Below are positions 21,410 through 30,869 of a stretch of DNA of 64,000 nucleotides, piece after piece (positions within the stretch are counted from its first letter, which is position 1; the number at the start of each line of letters is the position of its first letter). Below the pieces are notes generated by a model. The model was not told the DNA's origin. It worked only from the letters and a program-made list of their open reading frames with translations, and did no database searches. The stretch is taken from positions 128,001-192,000 of the IMG/VR virus record IMGVR_UViG_3300047567_000025. One strand, given 5' to 3'. Made by a program: the position numbers and the translations under genes. The DNA is from a virus. Taxonomy: Duplodnaviria > Caudoviricetes.

Positions 21410-21586
21410 ATGCAAAATGATGAATATTATACTTGCCGAACATGTGGTGCGAATCTGGATATCGGCGAAGAATGTGAAGATTGCCGAAAGATATATGATA
21501 ATGTTTTCGTAGAAACACGATTGTCAGATTATGAAAATGATGATGGTGAAGGAGGTGATACATTTGAAAACTACAATTACATATAG
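21410..21586 (+). CDS. Small Zn-ribbon protein (58 aa), not in the ORF track
   Basis: SD GAGGAGG; MQNDEYYTCRTCGANLDIGEECEDCRK with CxxC...CxxC. Confidence 0.7.
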   Translation: MQNDEYYTCRTCGANLDIGEECEDCRKIYDNVFVETRLSDYENDDGEGGDTFENYNYI

Positions 21587-21821
21587 CCCATTCGTATGCA
21601 TTTCGGATGTAACTGGAAATATGGAGAAATTAAACACTGTCATATTTAATCCAATTCTTTCAAAAGAGCATAATAAAATCGTAATAAAAAAAGAATGCAA
21701 TTTACGATATGATCTCATGTTGTCGGATGAGCAACTAGAGTCATTAGTAAATAATTCTGTTAATGATTTTATCACAGAATTACACGGAATTATAGTTCGG
21801 CATAAAGCAAATAGATCATAA
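21564..21821 (+). CDS. Hypothetical protein
   Basis: TTG start after SD GGAGGTGA, in frame with track ORF 21531..21821. Confidence 0.6.
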   Translation: MKTTITYSPFVCISDVTGNMEKLNTVIFNPILSKEHNKIVIKKECNLRYDLMLSDEQLESLVNNSVNDFITELHGIIVRHKANRS

Positions 21822-21834
21822 AATAAAAAAATTA

Positions 21835-21861
21835 TATACGGGGATTTATTCCCCCGTATAT
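21835..21861. terminator. Bidirectional terminator
   Basis: TATACGGGG...CCCCGTATA between convergent genes. Confidence 0.75.
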
Positions 21862-21876
21862 AATAATATTTACTGT

Positions 21877-22467
21877 TTATGCCATTTCTTTAAATTCTGC
21901 AAATAATAAATGATCGGTCATATTAACTATTCTTGATATAGTATTGATCGATATCTTTATATCGCTGGTATCTTCGCTATTGTTATATTTTGCTACTAAC
22001 TGTGCAATATTATTGACGATCGTTGGCTTTAATGTATTTACCATTTTATTACGTATCATCTGTGGTGTGATATTAAACTGATCGATGACATACTCAAATA
22101 AACCATTAAAGGATACTACTGGGCCGGTAAATACCCATTCTTTAATTGTATTTGACATATCAGATTCCATTAAATAGATAACACAACAGATGGAGTGTTG
22201 ATGATTTCTGATATCGGATAATATGCAGCCTAACTTCATCTGTGATAATGAGTTAGTTGCAGAATTTAATAACTTGATTAGACGGTCATTTAATGATTCT
22301 GCATGTATAACTTTATCCGATACCGCTCTACATAGTGCCTGCATAAGTATGTCGTTGCCTGCCTTGTTGTCCATATTGAGAGTCGGCTTTGCATTAACAA
22401 TGTCTTTTAGTTTACTAATAGATTCCATTGTCATCATATTTTTAGCTTCTTCCAATGATATACTCAT
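21877..22467 (-). CDS. Hypothetical protein
   Basis: Likely start MSISLEE at 22467 with SD GAAAGGA; early-type promoter motif at 22481-22502. Confidence 0.65.
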   Translation of the reverse strand: MSISLEEAKNMMTMESISKLKDIVNAKPTLNMDNKAGNDILMQALCRAVSDKVIHAESLNDRLIKLLNSATNSLSQMKLGCILSDIRNHQHSICCVIYLMESDMSNTIKEWVFTGPVVSFNGLFEYVIDQFNITPQMIRNKMVNTLKPTIVNNIAQLVAKYNNSEDTSDIKISINTISRIVNMTDHLLFAEFKEMA

Positions 22468-22703
22468 TGTATCACTTCCTTTCATATTAATAATATATTT
22501 TTCAAATCGCAAAAAAATATTATTGCATTTTTTCTATGCTTAGAGGGAGCGTAAAAGAAGGAATGGTTGGATTGATTATTCCTATTATTTTAACTTTTCA
22601 AATATATATTATTAATATGAATAAAAGAATAACAATCGATCAATAAATCAATATTTAAAAGCCATCACAGAGGTGTATTAATCTGTGAAGAAAGAGGTAT
22701 ATT

Positions 22704-22952
22704 ATGATGAACGTTTTTAAAAGAATTGAGACACTTGAAAAGCTTACAGAAATCAACACAGCTTCGAACGCTATAACAGCGCTGATTGTAACTACAGGTG
22801 CTGCAGTTACGATTGTTTCATCAGTAGTAAAAGGCGGAATGGCTATTACAAAGGCTATAAAAAATAAGAAACTTGCTAAGGAAAATAGCAAAGGTACAGA
22901 AAAAGACAATAGCAAAGGTACAGAAGAAAAGATCGATCAATCAAAAGAGTAA
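22704..22952 (+). CDS. Small membrane-anchored protein (82 aa), cassette B cargo
   Basis: Conserved leader hairpin and SD; hydrophobic segment; NSKGTE duplicated. Confidence 0.7.
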   Translation: MMNVFKRIETLEKLTEINTASNAITALIVTTGAAVTIVSSVVKGGMAITKAIKNKKLAKENSKGTEKDNSKGTEEKIDQSKE

Positions 22953-23025
22953 TGACATTACTATCAATATATTAGATGATATAACATCTAATAATATATC
23001 AAATTAATTTTAGGAGGAAAATATA

Positions 23026-23361
23026 ATGATTAATGAAATTATGAATGTGGCCGGACTTGCCCTAAGTGCATCTGCTAGTTGTTTAAACTCAATTAGCTTA
23101 GGTAAAAATGCAAAAAAGATAGCAGAGCTTTCTGATAGAGTGACCTCTCTTGAAAAGAGAGATCTTATCATGGAGGGTTGCTTCGTAGGCTTTGGTGCAG
23201 CAGCATTAACTGCTGACATAATCAATAAGCGTAAGCAGAATAAACTTAAAAAGAGGATAGATCTTCTCGAATCAACTGTAGAGGTACTTCAAGGAAGCTG
23301 TGTTAAGCAGTCTGACTTGAAGGCATCTACAGATGCAATTATATCAGCTATCAATAAATAA
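23026..23361 (+). CDS. Small coiled-coil/membrane protein (111 aa), cassette B cargo
   Basis: SD AGGAGG; hydrophobic segments alternating with coiled coil. Confidence 0.7.
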   Translation: MINEIMNVAGLALSASASCLNSISLGKNAKKIAELSDRVTSLEKRDLIMEGCFVGFGAAALTADIINKRKQNKLKKRIDLLESTVEVLQGSCVKQSDLKASTDAIISAINK

Positions 23362-23377
23362 AAAAATAAAAGTAGGA

Positions 23378-23418
23378 ACGGGGGTAATAACCCCCGTCAC
23401 CGAAATTATTTTTTTTTG
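23378..23418. terminator. Bidirectional terminator ending cassette B
   Basis: ACGGGGGT-aata-ACCCCCGT-CACCGAAATTATTTTT, paralogous to 9266-9305. Confidence 0.8.
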
Positions 23419-23419
23419 A

Positions 23420-24199
23420 TTAAAGGTATTTTGCATATATTGATATCTTAGGATTCTGCTTAAATAGAAAATCCATTTCAGCAATGCAATACTCTACAAT
23501 TGCTTGATTGAGACCATCTTCGGTTAATATGGTATTGCCAGCAATTGCTGCTTCAGCAACAATATTACCGCACATCCTAAGAATTACTGATTCTTCAGTA
23601 TTGTCGACCGTATTTGTATTAGCATCTGATTTGACAAGTTTACTATCAAGATCATCAAATACAGGTGCGTCATTACTTGTTAAGACAACACCAGCAACAT
23701 CATTTATGACTTTTTTTGAAACTTGATCTTTTAGCTTTTCTCGGAGTTCATCATAGTTTTCAACATTTTTTGTTAAAGTATCAATATTAATCTTGTCAGC
23801 ATTCCCAATGTCTTTTGAATCTGATATTTCATCAGCAACATCATCTACAGTGTTATCAATCTCTTGCACAATATTTCCAATAATTGGTGATTTTAAACGA
23901 TCTCGTGCACTTGTAAGATATCCATAACACGTACCGTTGTAATCATCATGTATATGTCGCATAATTGATTCATCTATCATGTTATCAACATCTTTTGTTT
24001 CATCATGCATCATAGCACCAATCAAATCTTTCATGACATATAGACTCAATTTTTCTCTAAAAGAATCTTTGTCAAATGCTACTGGATTAAAAATGTGATT
24101 CTTTTTATCATCTGAATTATTATATTCTCCGGGTTTTGGATATGATGTATTCGTATCATTTATAATGCTATCAATTAGATTTTTTACTTCGTTAGCCAT
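23420..24199 (-). CDS. Hypothetical, probably virion protein (259 aa)
   Basis: Acidic helical ORF co-oriented with the 820-aa QE-motif protein; SD GAGGTGA. Confidence 0.55.
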   Translation of the reverse strand: MANEVKNLIDSIINDTNTSYPKPGEYNNSDDKKNHIFNPVAFDKDSFREKLSLYVMKDLIGAMMHDETKDVDNMIDESIMRHIHDDYNGTCYGYLTSARDRLKSPIIGNIVQEIDNTVDDVADEISDSKDIGNADKINIDTLTKNVENYDELREKLKDQVSKKVINDVAGVVLTSNDAPVFDDLDSKLVKSDANTNTVDNTEESVILRMCGNIVAEAAIAGNTILTEDGLNQAIVEYCIAEMDFLFKQNPKISIYAKYL

Positions 24200-24214
24200 A
24201 TTATTTCACCTCAA

Positions 24215-26677
24215 TTATTTTTCGCCAATAGGATTTCCGTTAGCTGGATTGTAAGCTGGTCCGACGCTAATTAATGCGTCTTCTTGTACATTGTTAGTTG
24301 CGCCACTAATTTTCTTTTGATCACCGACGATAATCTTATCAACAACAGCACACTGTTTTGCAAAACCAATTACTTCATTCTTAAATGCTTCATTCTGAAC
24401 ACCATTTGTCTTTATGAAATTTGCGAAAGATTTACACATTGTTCTGAGCTTAACAAGTTGATCCGATTCTGATATTTTAGAAACCTTTGGTTTCAGATAC
24501 AGACAATTATCAGCAAGCTTCTTGAGCTTCTTAATAAGTTTTCTTGGATCAATAGAAGGATCACTATTTAGCATTGTCAATAATTCAATGATAGATGTAT
24601 GTGTGTCTACTCCGGATCTTGAAATTTTTACAGCAGCGACAATTCCACCGATGATCGGATTTAATACACCGATTGTGATGTTACCGGCTAAATTAACCTC
24701 TTGGACTACAATATCAGTATCGTCGAAGCAATCGTCGAATGATTCTTGTACGTTTTTAGATGATGAATCCATTTTCTTGCGTTCAACAAATTCTGAAACA
24801 TTGGTACACTGTACAGTGAATATTTTAATCAATCTCTTAGTGACAGCCACATCATTATCAGTTACTTGTACTTTAAGAGTCATCATTAAATCTGTTAAAA
24901 TCTTATTGAGCTTCATGATACTATTAAGCTCTTCATCAGAATACACATCTTTCATTTTATAAGCTTTTGAAAGCACTCTGTTAAGTCGCTTTCCTTCATG
25001 CTTAAATGTTTTGACGATTTCTGTAAATGACATATCACTTGCATTTAGTATGCCAAGAGCTTTTCTGATATGTGTATCAACTTCGGAGTTAATGTTCTTT
25101 TTTGTAAGAATGAATGCTTCCTGAATAGCATCAGCATTATTGTCATTTAAAAATGATTTAAGCTGTTTAATTGTCATTCCCTTGAGTTTTTCAGAGCCAT
25201 TCTCAATAAGTTGATCAACTGTCATATTGTCAAAATCTGTAGTAGAATCATCATCGTCATCGTCAGATTTTTTAATTGATGTATCGAGATCATCCAGTTT
25301 ATCATCAATAGAACTATCATCATCGTTGATGTCCGAAGTATCTACATCCTGATCAGTTGACTCATCTTTGCTTGACGCAGTATTCATATCATCTGTATCA
25401 TCTGTATCTTTATTGTCGTCAGCATCTGTATTGTTTTTATTATCATCTGTATCAGCTGTGCCTTTATTATCATTATCATCTGTAGTGTCTTTATTATCAT
25501 CTGTATCAGATGTATCTTTATTGTTGTCAGAATCTGATGCAACTTTATCAGCGATTTTATCAGAGACATCATTACTATCAACTGGTGTAGTATTGACATC
25601 AGTATCAGTATTATCAGTATTCACATCAGTATTACTATCAGTTTCCTTGTCATTATCAGTAGCACCATCTTGCTCTGCAGAATCATTGAAATCAATAGCC
25701 TCTTGTACAAATCGGTTAGGCACATGCTTCTTGATTTTAAAACTTTCTCGGATAATATCTCTTTTACTAATAAAATTGTCAGCAGGTTCATTGTCAATTT
25801 TTAACGCATTTTGTGTACTACTACCTTCCATTGATTTAATCGGTACAGCCCATGCTAAATAAAGCTTATCGCTATTATTTTCTATTTCAAATTCAATTAC
25901 GACCTTATATTGGTCAATAGGATCTACTGGAACAAATAAGTTAGTCGGAGTTGCGATATCCCATACATTTGTTCCATCTGGAACATTATTATTCTCACGA
26001 ATCATTGACAGCAAGACGTCACCAGATTCCAACATTGCATCTGCGTTAGCAATAAAGCAATTAAGAGAGGCTAGCTGCTTTTTTAAGACTTTTTTATTGT
26101 TATCAGTTTTAAAAAGCACCGGAAGCTTTACAAAATAATGCTGATCAGAATCTCTTTTTATCGGACCAAAATCTATTGTTGCTACAGAAGGAACTGCATT
26201 ATCATTAATATCAATTTTATCAAATCCAAATAAACCTTCCTGGATGATATAATTGCTATACTCGTTGAATCTTTTAGAAGCATATTCGTTGCATCTATTT
26301 TTAAATCTATTTTCAGATTCACGTGGTAATTGCGAAAATTTGGAAACTGCTTCCTGATAGAAATCATCAAATGTTTTAATTTTCTTATAAAGTGACTCCT
26401 GTATAGCGGCATCTGCAGGAACATCGACAACTCGTCCATCTGCTAAGTTCATTTCGATAGATTCAATCTCAATGTCATCTTCGAGTGGAATATCAACATC
26501 CATCTTTCTGATTTTACCAGAATCGGTTCCCTCAACAGATATATCATCCAGCTCTTGAAATAAGTGTGCATATTCGTTGATGAGTTTATTTTCATCAGCG
26601 TCATTCGTAGCATGTTTCATTGAACGACCACTTGCTTCTTCACGAGCAAGAATTTGTTTTTTAATATAATCGATCAT
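24215..26677 (-). CDS. Probable internal head protein/polyprotein with Asp/Thr-rich linker (820 aa)
   Basis: About 8 hydrophobic-QE sites; long D/T/N low-complexity tract. Confidence 0.55.
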   Translation of the reverse strand: MIDYIKKQILAREEASGRSMKHATNDADENKLINEYAHLFQELDDISVEGTDSGKIRKMDVDIPLEDDIEIESIEMNLADGRVVDVPADAAIQESLYKKIKTFDDFYQEAVSKFSQLPRESENRFKNRCNEYASKRFNEYSNYIIQEGLFGFDKIDINDNAVPSVATIDFGPIKRDSDQHYFVKLPVLFKTDNNKKVLKKQLASLNCFIANADAMLESGDVLLSMIRENNNVPDGTNVWDIATPTNLFVPVDPIDQYKVVIEFEIENNSDKLYLAWAVPIKSMEGSSTQNALKIDNEPADNFISKRDIIRESFKIKKHVPNRFVQEAIDFNDSAEQDGATDNDKETDSNTDVNTDNTDTDVNTTPVDSNDVSDKIADKVASDSDNNKDTSDTDDNKDTTDDNDNKGTADTDDNKNNTDADDNKDTDDTDDMNTASSKDESTDQDVDTSDINDDDSSIDDKLDDLDTSIKKSDDDDDDSTTDFDNMTVDQLIENGSEKLKGMTIKQLKSFLNDNNADAIQEAFILTKKNINSEVDTHIRKALGILNASDMSFTEIVKTFKHEGKRLNRVLSKAYKMKDVYSDEELNSIMKLNKILTDLMMTLKVQVTDNDVAVTKRLIKIFTVQCTNVSEFVERKKMDSSSKNVQESFDDCFDDTDIVVQEVNLAGNITIGVLNPIIGGIVAAVKISRSGVDTHTSIIELLTMLNSDPSIDPRKLIKKLKKLADNCLYLKPKVSKISESDQLVKLRTMCKSFANFIKTNGVQNEAFKNEVIGFAKQCAVVDKIIVGDQKKISGATNNVQEDALISVGPAYNPANGNPIGEK

Positions 26678-26765
26678 TATTAAAACTCCTTTTCAAATAT
26701 TTTAAAATGATATAGATATATCATTTTAATGTATGGGGAAATATGTTGTATGATATAATAATTAA

Positions 26766-26912
26766 TCAAAGAATAAATCCAAAGGTTTCCAAGATAATCT
26801 CGGTTACCATATCGGGTGTCATCTCTGATATTCCTATATCATCAAGTCCCATTCCAGAGGTTAATTCAACTCCGTTTATAGACGGTTTGTTTTCGAGAGC
26901 TTCATAATCCAT
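26766..26912 (-). CDS. Small ORF (48 aa) MDYEALENKPSINGVELTSG..., not in the ORF track
   Basis: Strong SD GGAGGTGA; YxxLxNKPSINGVxL motif typical of phage virion/fibre proteins. Confidence 0.7.
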   Translation of the reverse strand: MDYEALENKPSINGVELTSGMGLDDIGISEMTPDMVTEIILETFGFIL

Positions 26913-26955
26913 GGATGGCTCACCTCCAAATTTAAACGTGAAAGGTTGTGTTTAT

Positions 26956-28887
26956 GTGAGTAATATTGTTGACAGATATCAGCAAACAGTATATGATATG
27001 TATATGCAAACTCACCCGAATGTAAATCCAAGCAAGGTTCGTCAATTAATAAATCAATTGACAGAATCTAAATTACGGGATATTCCGTGTACACTGCATA
27101 ATAGTACCACTCGAGAGAAAATCGAGACGTCAATTATTAACACTTTTGACTGGATAGAAACCAGACAACCAATAATATCTGGTAATGGTACTTTCTTTAA
27201 GCAGCATGTAGAGTACCTTGCTCCGACTACAAAAATGCTAGAGCATGACAAGAATACTCGTAGTAAAAAGAAAAATGAGATGTACCAATTGAAAAAAGGC
27301 ACTGTCGGATATAATAATAAAAACCTCGGGCAAGTTTCAATAAAAGTTATTATGAATGCCGACTATGGTGGATCTGGAACACAGTTATCACCATTTTATT
27401 CATGCTATATTCCGCCGGCAACAACTGGTAGTGCTAAGAATATCACTACAACCTTAATTTGCTGTTTGGAGTTTATATCAGGTAATACAGACCCATGGGC
27501 AAAGATAAACAATATAAACGAATTATTTGATATGATATTTTCAGTGCTCAATGACAATGATGATACCAGAGACCTAATTATTGACAGCTATACTGTTGAT
27601 CAAGTTGAGCAATGGCTTTTTGATAAAACAAATAATCTGTCTTTGTCAGACAAAAAAATTATACGAAAATTCTTAATGACACTATCAGATTCAGATCTGA
27701 CAAAGTTGATGCTCTCATTCAATACACGCTTAGTACTTACTAAATATTTATATAGTAATGTGGAAACATGTATGAGTTATCTTAAAGCACATCAGATTGA
27801 CATTAATAACATCACAGAAGAGTCGCTCTATGTAGCTGGATATGGCGTCAAACCACCAGAAGAAATAGCAGATCAATTGGCTTATATAAGCAAGACGATT
27901 AATGATAATTGTGTTTATCCATTCATCTTGAACGACTCGGAAATAAGAGCAAATGAGATGAAACGAATAATTGTTTGTGTAACAGATACGGATTCACTCA
28001 TGCTGCACTTTTCATCATATTTGGATGATTTCCAAGCACGTGTCAGTAACTTTCGTGATAGTTGCATTATAGCTTCCGCATTGGGATTTCGGTTATTTAT
28101 TGAAAATATAATACCAAAAATGGTAAAATATATAGCATCATTCTGCAATATTAAGGATGAATATTATAGAAAGAAATTTGTATTTAAGAATGAATATGCT
28201 TTTCTAGCGATGGCATTATTTGCAAAAAAGATGTATGCAGCAGCGATGTTCGTCCAAGAAGGAAAACCGAGAGATCCACATGATGTATCAATAACAGGAC
28301 TGTCATTCAAAAAGCGTGATTCTGCAGAATTTCTAGAACCGATTATGACCAGATTGTATGATGAACTTATATTGACAACATCTGATATACAAGTCGGCAA
28401 ATTGCTAGATGAATTTTATGCATTGCGCAAAAAGTTGCAAAATGAGATAGACAAAGACCCATCATATTTTAAAATGTTATCTATCAAGGATATCGGTGCA
28501 TATGATCCAACCAAAGTTTTACCAGAGCAAATGCGTGGTGCAATTGTATGGAATGCTATGATGCATGATGAAGAAATGCTACCAATGGATCGAGTAATAG
28601 TTATACCATTATCATTTACATTGCTACGTGAATATTCAGCAACTAATTCAAGAGTTGCTGAAATACTAAGGCTGTCATTAATTGATAATGAAAAAGAAAA
28701 ACACAATCCTGTTATATGTTTACCAGAATATTACCATGATATACCTGATTGGATAGCATGTGTTATTGATAAAGAATATACTATTGACAAACTGCTGACA
28801 CCATTCAAGCAGATTCTTGGATTATTTGATGTAAATATGTGTGATACAAGAGGCGGAATGATTCCTAGTAGAATGATTTTTATATAA
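26956..28887 (+). CDS. Family B DNA polymerase, polymerase (motif B/C) subunit of a split phiKZ-type PolB
   Basis: KVIMNADYGG (motif B), TDTDSL (motif C), KKMYAA and GLSFKKRD; no exonuclease domain or motif A seen; probable GTG start at 26956 after GAAAGG. Confidence 0.8.
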   Translation: MSNIVDRYQQTVYDMYMQTHPNVNPSKVRQLINQLTESKLRDIPCTLHNSTTREKIETSIINTFDWIETRQPIISGNGTFFKQHVEYLAPTTKMLEHDKNTRSKKKNEMYQLKKGTVGYNNKNLGQVSIKVIMNADYGGSGTQLSPFYSCYIPPATTGSAKNITTTLICCLEFISGNTDPWAKINNINELFDMIFSVLNDNDDTRDLIIDSYTVDQVEQWLFDKTNNLSLSDKKIIRKFLMTLSDSDLTKLMLSFNTRLVLTKYLYSNVETCMSYLKAHQIDINNITEESLYVAGYGVKPPEEIADQLAYISKTINDNCVYPFILNDSEIRANEMKRIIVCVTDTDSLMLHFSSYLDDFQARVSNFRDSCIIASALGFRLFIENIIPKMVKYIASFCNIKDEYYRKKFVFKNEYAFLAMALFAKKMYAAAMFVQEGKPRDPHDVSITGLSFKKRDSAEFLEPIMTRLYDELILTTSDIQVGKLLDEFYALRKKLQNEIDKDPSYFKMLSIKDIGAYDPTKVLPEQMRGAIVWNAMMHDEEMLPMDRVIVIPLSFTLLREYSATNSRVAEILRLSLIDNEKEKHNPVICLPEYYHDIPDWIACVIDKEYTIDKLLTPFKQILGLFDVNMCDTRGGMIPSRMIFI

Positions 28888-29008
28888 TTATATAATTAAT
28901 ATGATGGAGGTATTATATTGCATGCTATCTGAAAATATAATAGATATTCGATTTACAAAATGAAGATGAAGAAGCAACATCCGAAGTAGAGAAAGGAGGT
29001 GATATTAT

Positions 29009-29551
29009 ATGTGGTCAGAATTATTTATTTGGCTGGAAAGATATTCTGGAGTATCATATGATTTCAGTGAAGATATTGCAAGCATTAAAGGCGATATAGC
29101 TTTCATAGACACATATGAATGGTTTAACGTAATAAGCAATTTGTTTGATAATCTTTCTGAAGCGATTGATGTTGTTGACGAGTTTGGTGATAATCTTACA
29201 GATGAATTACCAAATAAAAAGAAAGTCAAAAATATGTTAACATCATATGTTATTAGTAATCTTCTCGATAATGTAAATGATATTAAGCGAAAATTAAATA
29301 TTGATATTGTTGACATATCAAATTCTGATACATTGATACAGCACATAAATATTATTATGGAACTAATTCAAATGTTATCAGAAAATGAAATGGATGACAT
29401 ATTCAAGCAGCAATTATTTGAAAAACATGAAGAAGAAAATGGTAATACTTTTACCGAGATACTTAATATTCAAAAGGATGATATCACAAATATGTATTTC
29501 ACGGTATCATCAATACAGCAGGATTATTTTGATTCTCTTGATGAGAATTAA
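29009..29551 (+). CDS. Acidic hypothetical protein (180 aa)
   Basis: SD AAGGAGGTGA. Confidence 0.7.
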   Translation: MWSELFIWLERYSGVSYDFSEDIASIKGDIAFIDTYEWFNVISNLFDNLSEAIDVVDEFGDNLTDELPNKKKVKNMLTSYVISNLLDNVNDIKRKLNIDIVDISNSDTLIQHINIIMELIQMLSENEMDDIFKQQLFEKHEEENGNTFTEILNIQKDDITNMYFTVSSIQQDYFDSLDEN

Positions 29552-29624
29552 TATAATAATAATGTTATTATTAATAATAACATTATTGTATTCTATTTAT
29601 TTAATATGAAAGGGGCAGTTTATT

Positions 29625-30224
29625 ATGGCTTTTCAGCAGAATTCTAATGTTAATGGTTTTGGCAATAATAACACTAATAACACTAATAATCAGGGAGGAG
29701 AAAAGAAGAAAAGTAATTTCCGTGTTGGAAGAATATATGGAACTGATGGTACAATTGATGTGTCAATATGGAACTCTGATAAGGGAGGAGTATATACTAT
29801 TCTTTCTATCAAGTCAGCTGTCGGCAAAGACCCTTCTACTGGTGCAAATGTTTATGAACAGAAAATGTCAGGTGAACTACCATCAATATTTATGAATCTT
29901 GAACTGATAAGGGCATTTCTCGACGGAGTTAAGGGTCATGATGTAGCTACACTTAATTTCACAATTGATACAAAACATGGTTCGAAATTGACAATGCAGG
30001 GCTCGGCTGATGCTGTTAAGATTACAATTGAAAATCAGAAGACGGGTACACGAACAATTACACTTGATGCTGTTCCAATTGGTAATGTTAATGTACACGC
30101 AAATGTTCTCAATCTAATCAGTATGATTGAAATTTGCTTCAAGAAAGCATTAAGCAATAAACTCGATCCGGAAGAATTTGCAATGGCTGTAAACACAGAC
30201 GACACTGAAGTGCCGTTTAATTAA
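29625..30224 (+). CDS. Probable single-stranded DNA-binding protein
   Basis: Beta-rich core, SSB-like acidic C-terminal tail DDTEVPFN, location near the DNA polymerase gene. Confidence 0.5.
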   Translation: MAFQQNSNVNGFGNNNTNNTNNQGGEKKKSNFRVGRIYGTDGTIDVSIWNSDKGGVYTILSIKSAVGKDPSTGANVYEQKMSGELPSIFMNLELIRAFLDGVKGHDVATLNFTIDTKHGSKLTMQGSADAVKITIENQKTGTRTITLDAVPIGNVNVHANVLNLISMIEICFKKALSNKLDPEEFAMAVNTDDTEVPFN

Positions 30225-30844
30225 TGATTGATTTTAGTTTTATAGGCAAAGAAGGATTAATCATTCAATATGAAGATATAATATCTCTAATGGGCTTTAA
30301 TGTTGCATGTTATCTTCGTGAACAAAAAGCATTTGAGAAAATCAACAAGATGTCGACAGCGGACATCTTGTTGAGTTATATCAACAGATCAACTGAAGAT
30401 ATTTCTTCTTGGCTAAAAAAAGAGTTTGATATTGATTTTGATATCAAAAATTATATTGATTCATTCGCTATGCTAAGGCCGAATCTATTATATTCTTATA
30501 AGATTTTCAGTTCAGCATACAAAAATGGAATCAAAAAGCTGGGAATACATTCGAATTATTATTCAAAAGCAATAGAGCAGGCTATACAAACATATCAAAT
30601 TCCAATCGAATATACATACGGGGATATCATCCCCGTACTGAATAATCGACCTAATATTACGTACACAACAGCTTCTACAGCAAATATCATAAAATGTTCT
30701 GATATAGAAGTGCCTATTGCAATAACCATTGTTGACGATTTTATGTACACAGCTGATGTATTAATAAATAAAATAGACGATAAGTTACGAAATAATGGAA
30801 AATTTGTTTGTTTTACTAGCGTTCTAAGTGCTGGTATGATATGA
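30224..30844 (+). CDS. Hypothetical protein (206 aa), possibly degenerate HAD-like
   Basis: Translationally coupled (TAATG); weak resemblance only. Confidence 0.45.
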   Translation: MIDFSFIGKEGLIIQYEDIISLMGFNVACYLREQKAFEKINKMSTADILLSYINRSTEDISSWLKKEFDIDFDIKNYIDSFAMLRPNLLYSYKIFSSAYKNGIKKLGIHSNYYSKAIEQAIQTYQIPIEYTYGDIIPVLNNRPNITYTTASTANIIKCSDIEVPIAITIVDDFMYTADVLINKIDDKLRNNGKFVCFTSVLSAGMI

Positions 30845-30869
30845 CAAATACAGAGACTGGAGGAGTTAT

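Noticed and set aside
25240-25690. DNA tandem repeat element
   Set aside because: Explained by the Asp/Thr/Asn low-complexity coding linker of the 820-aa protein
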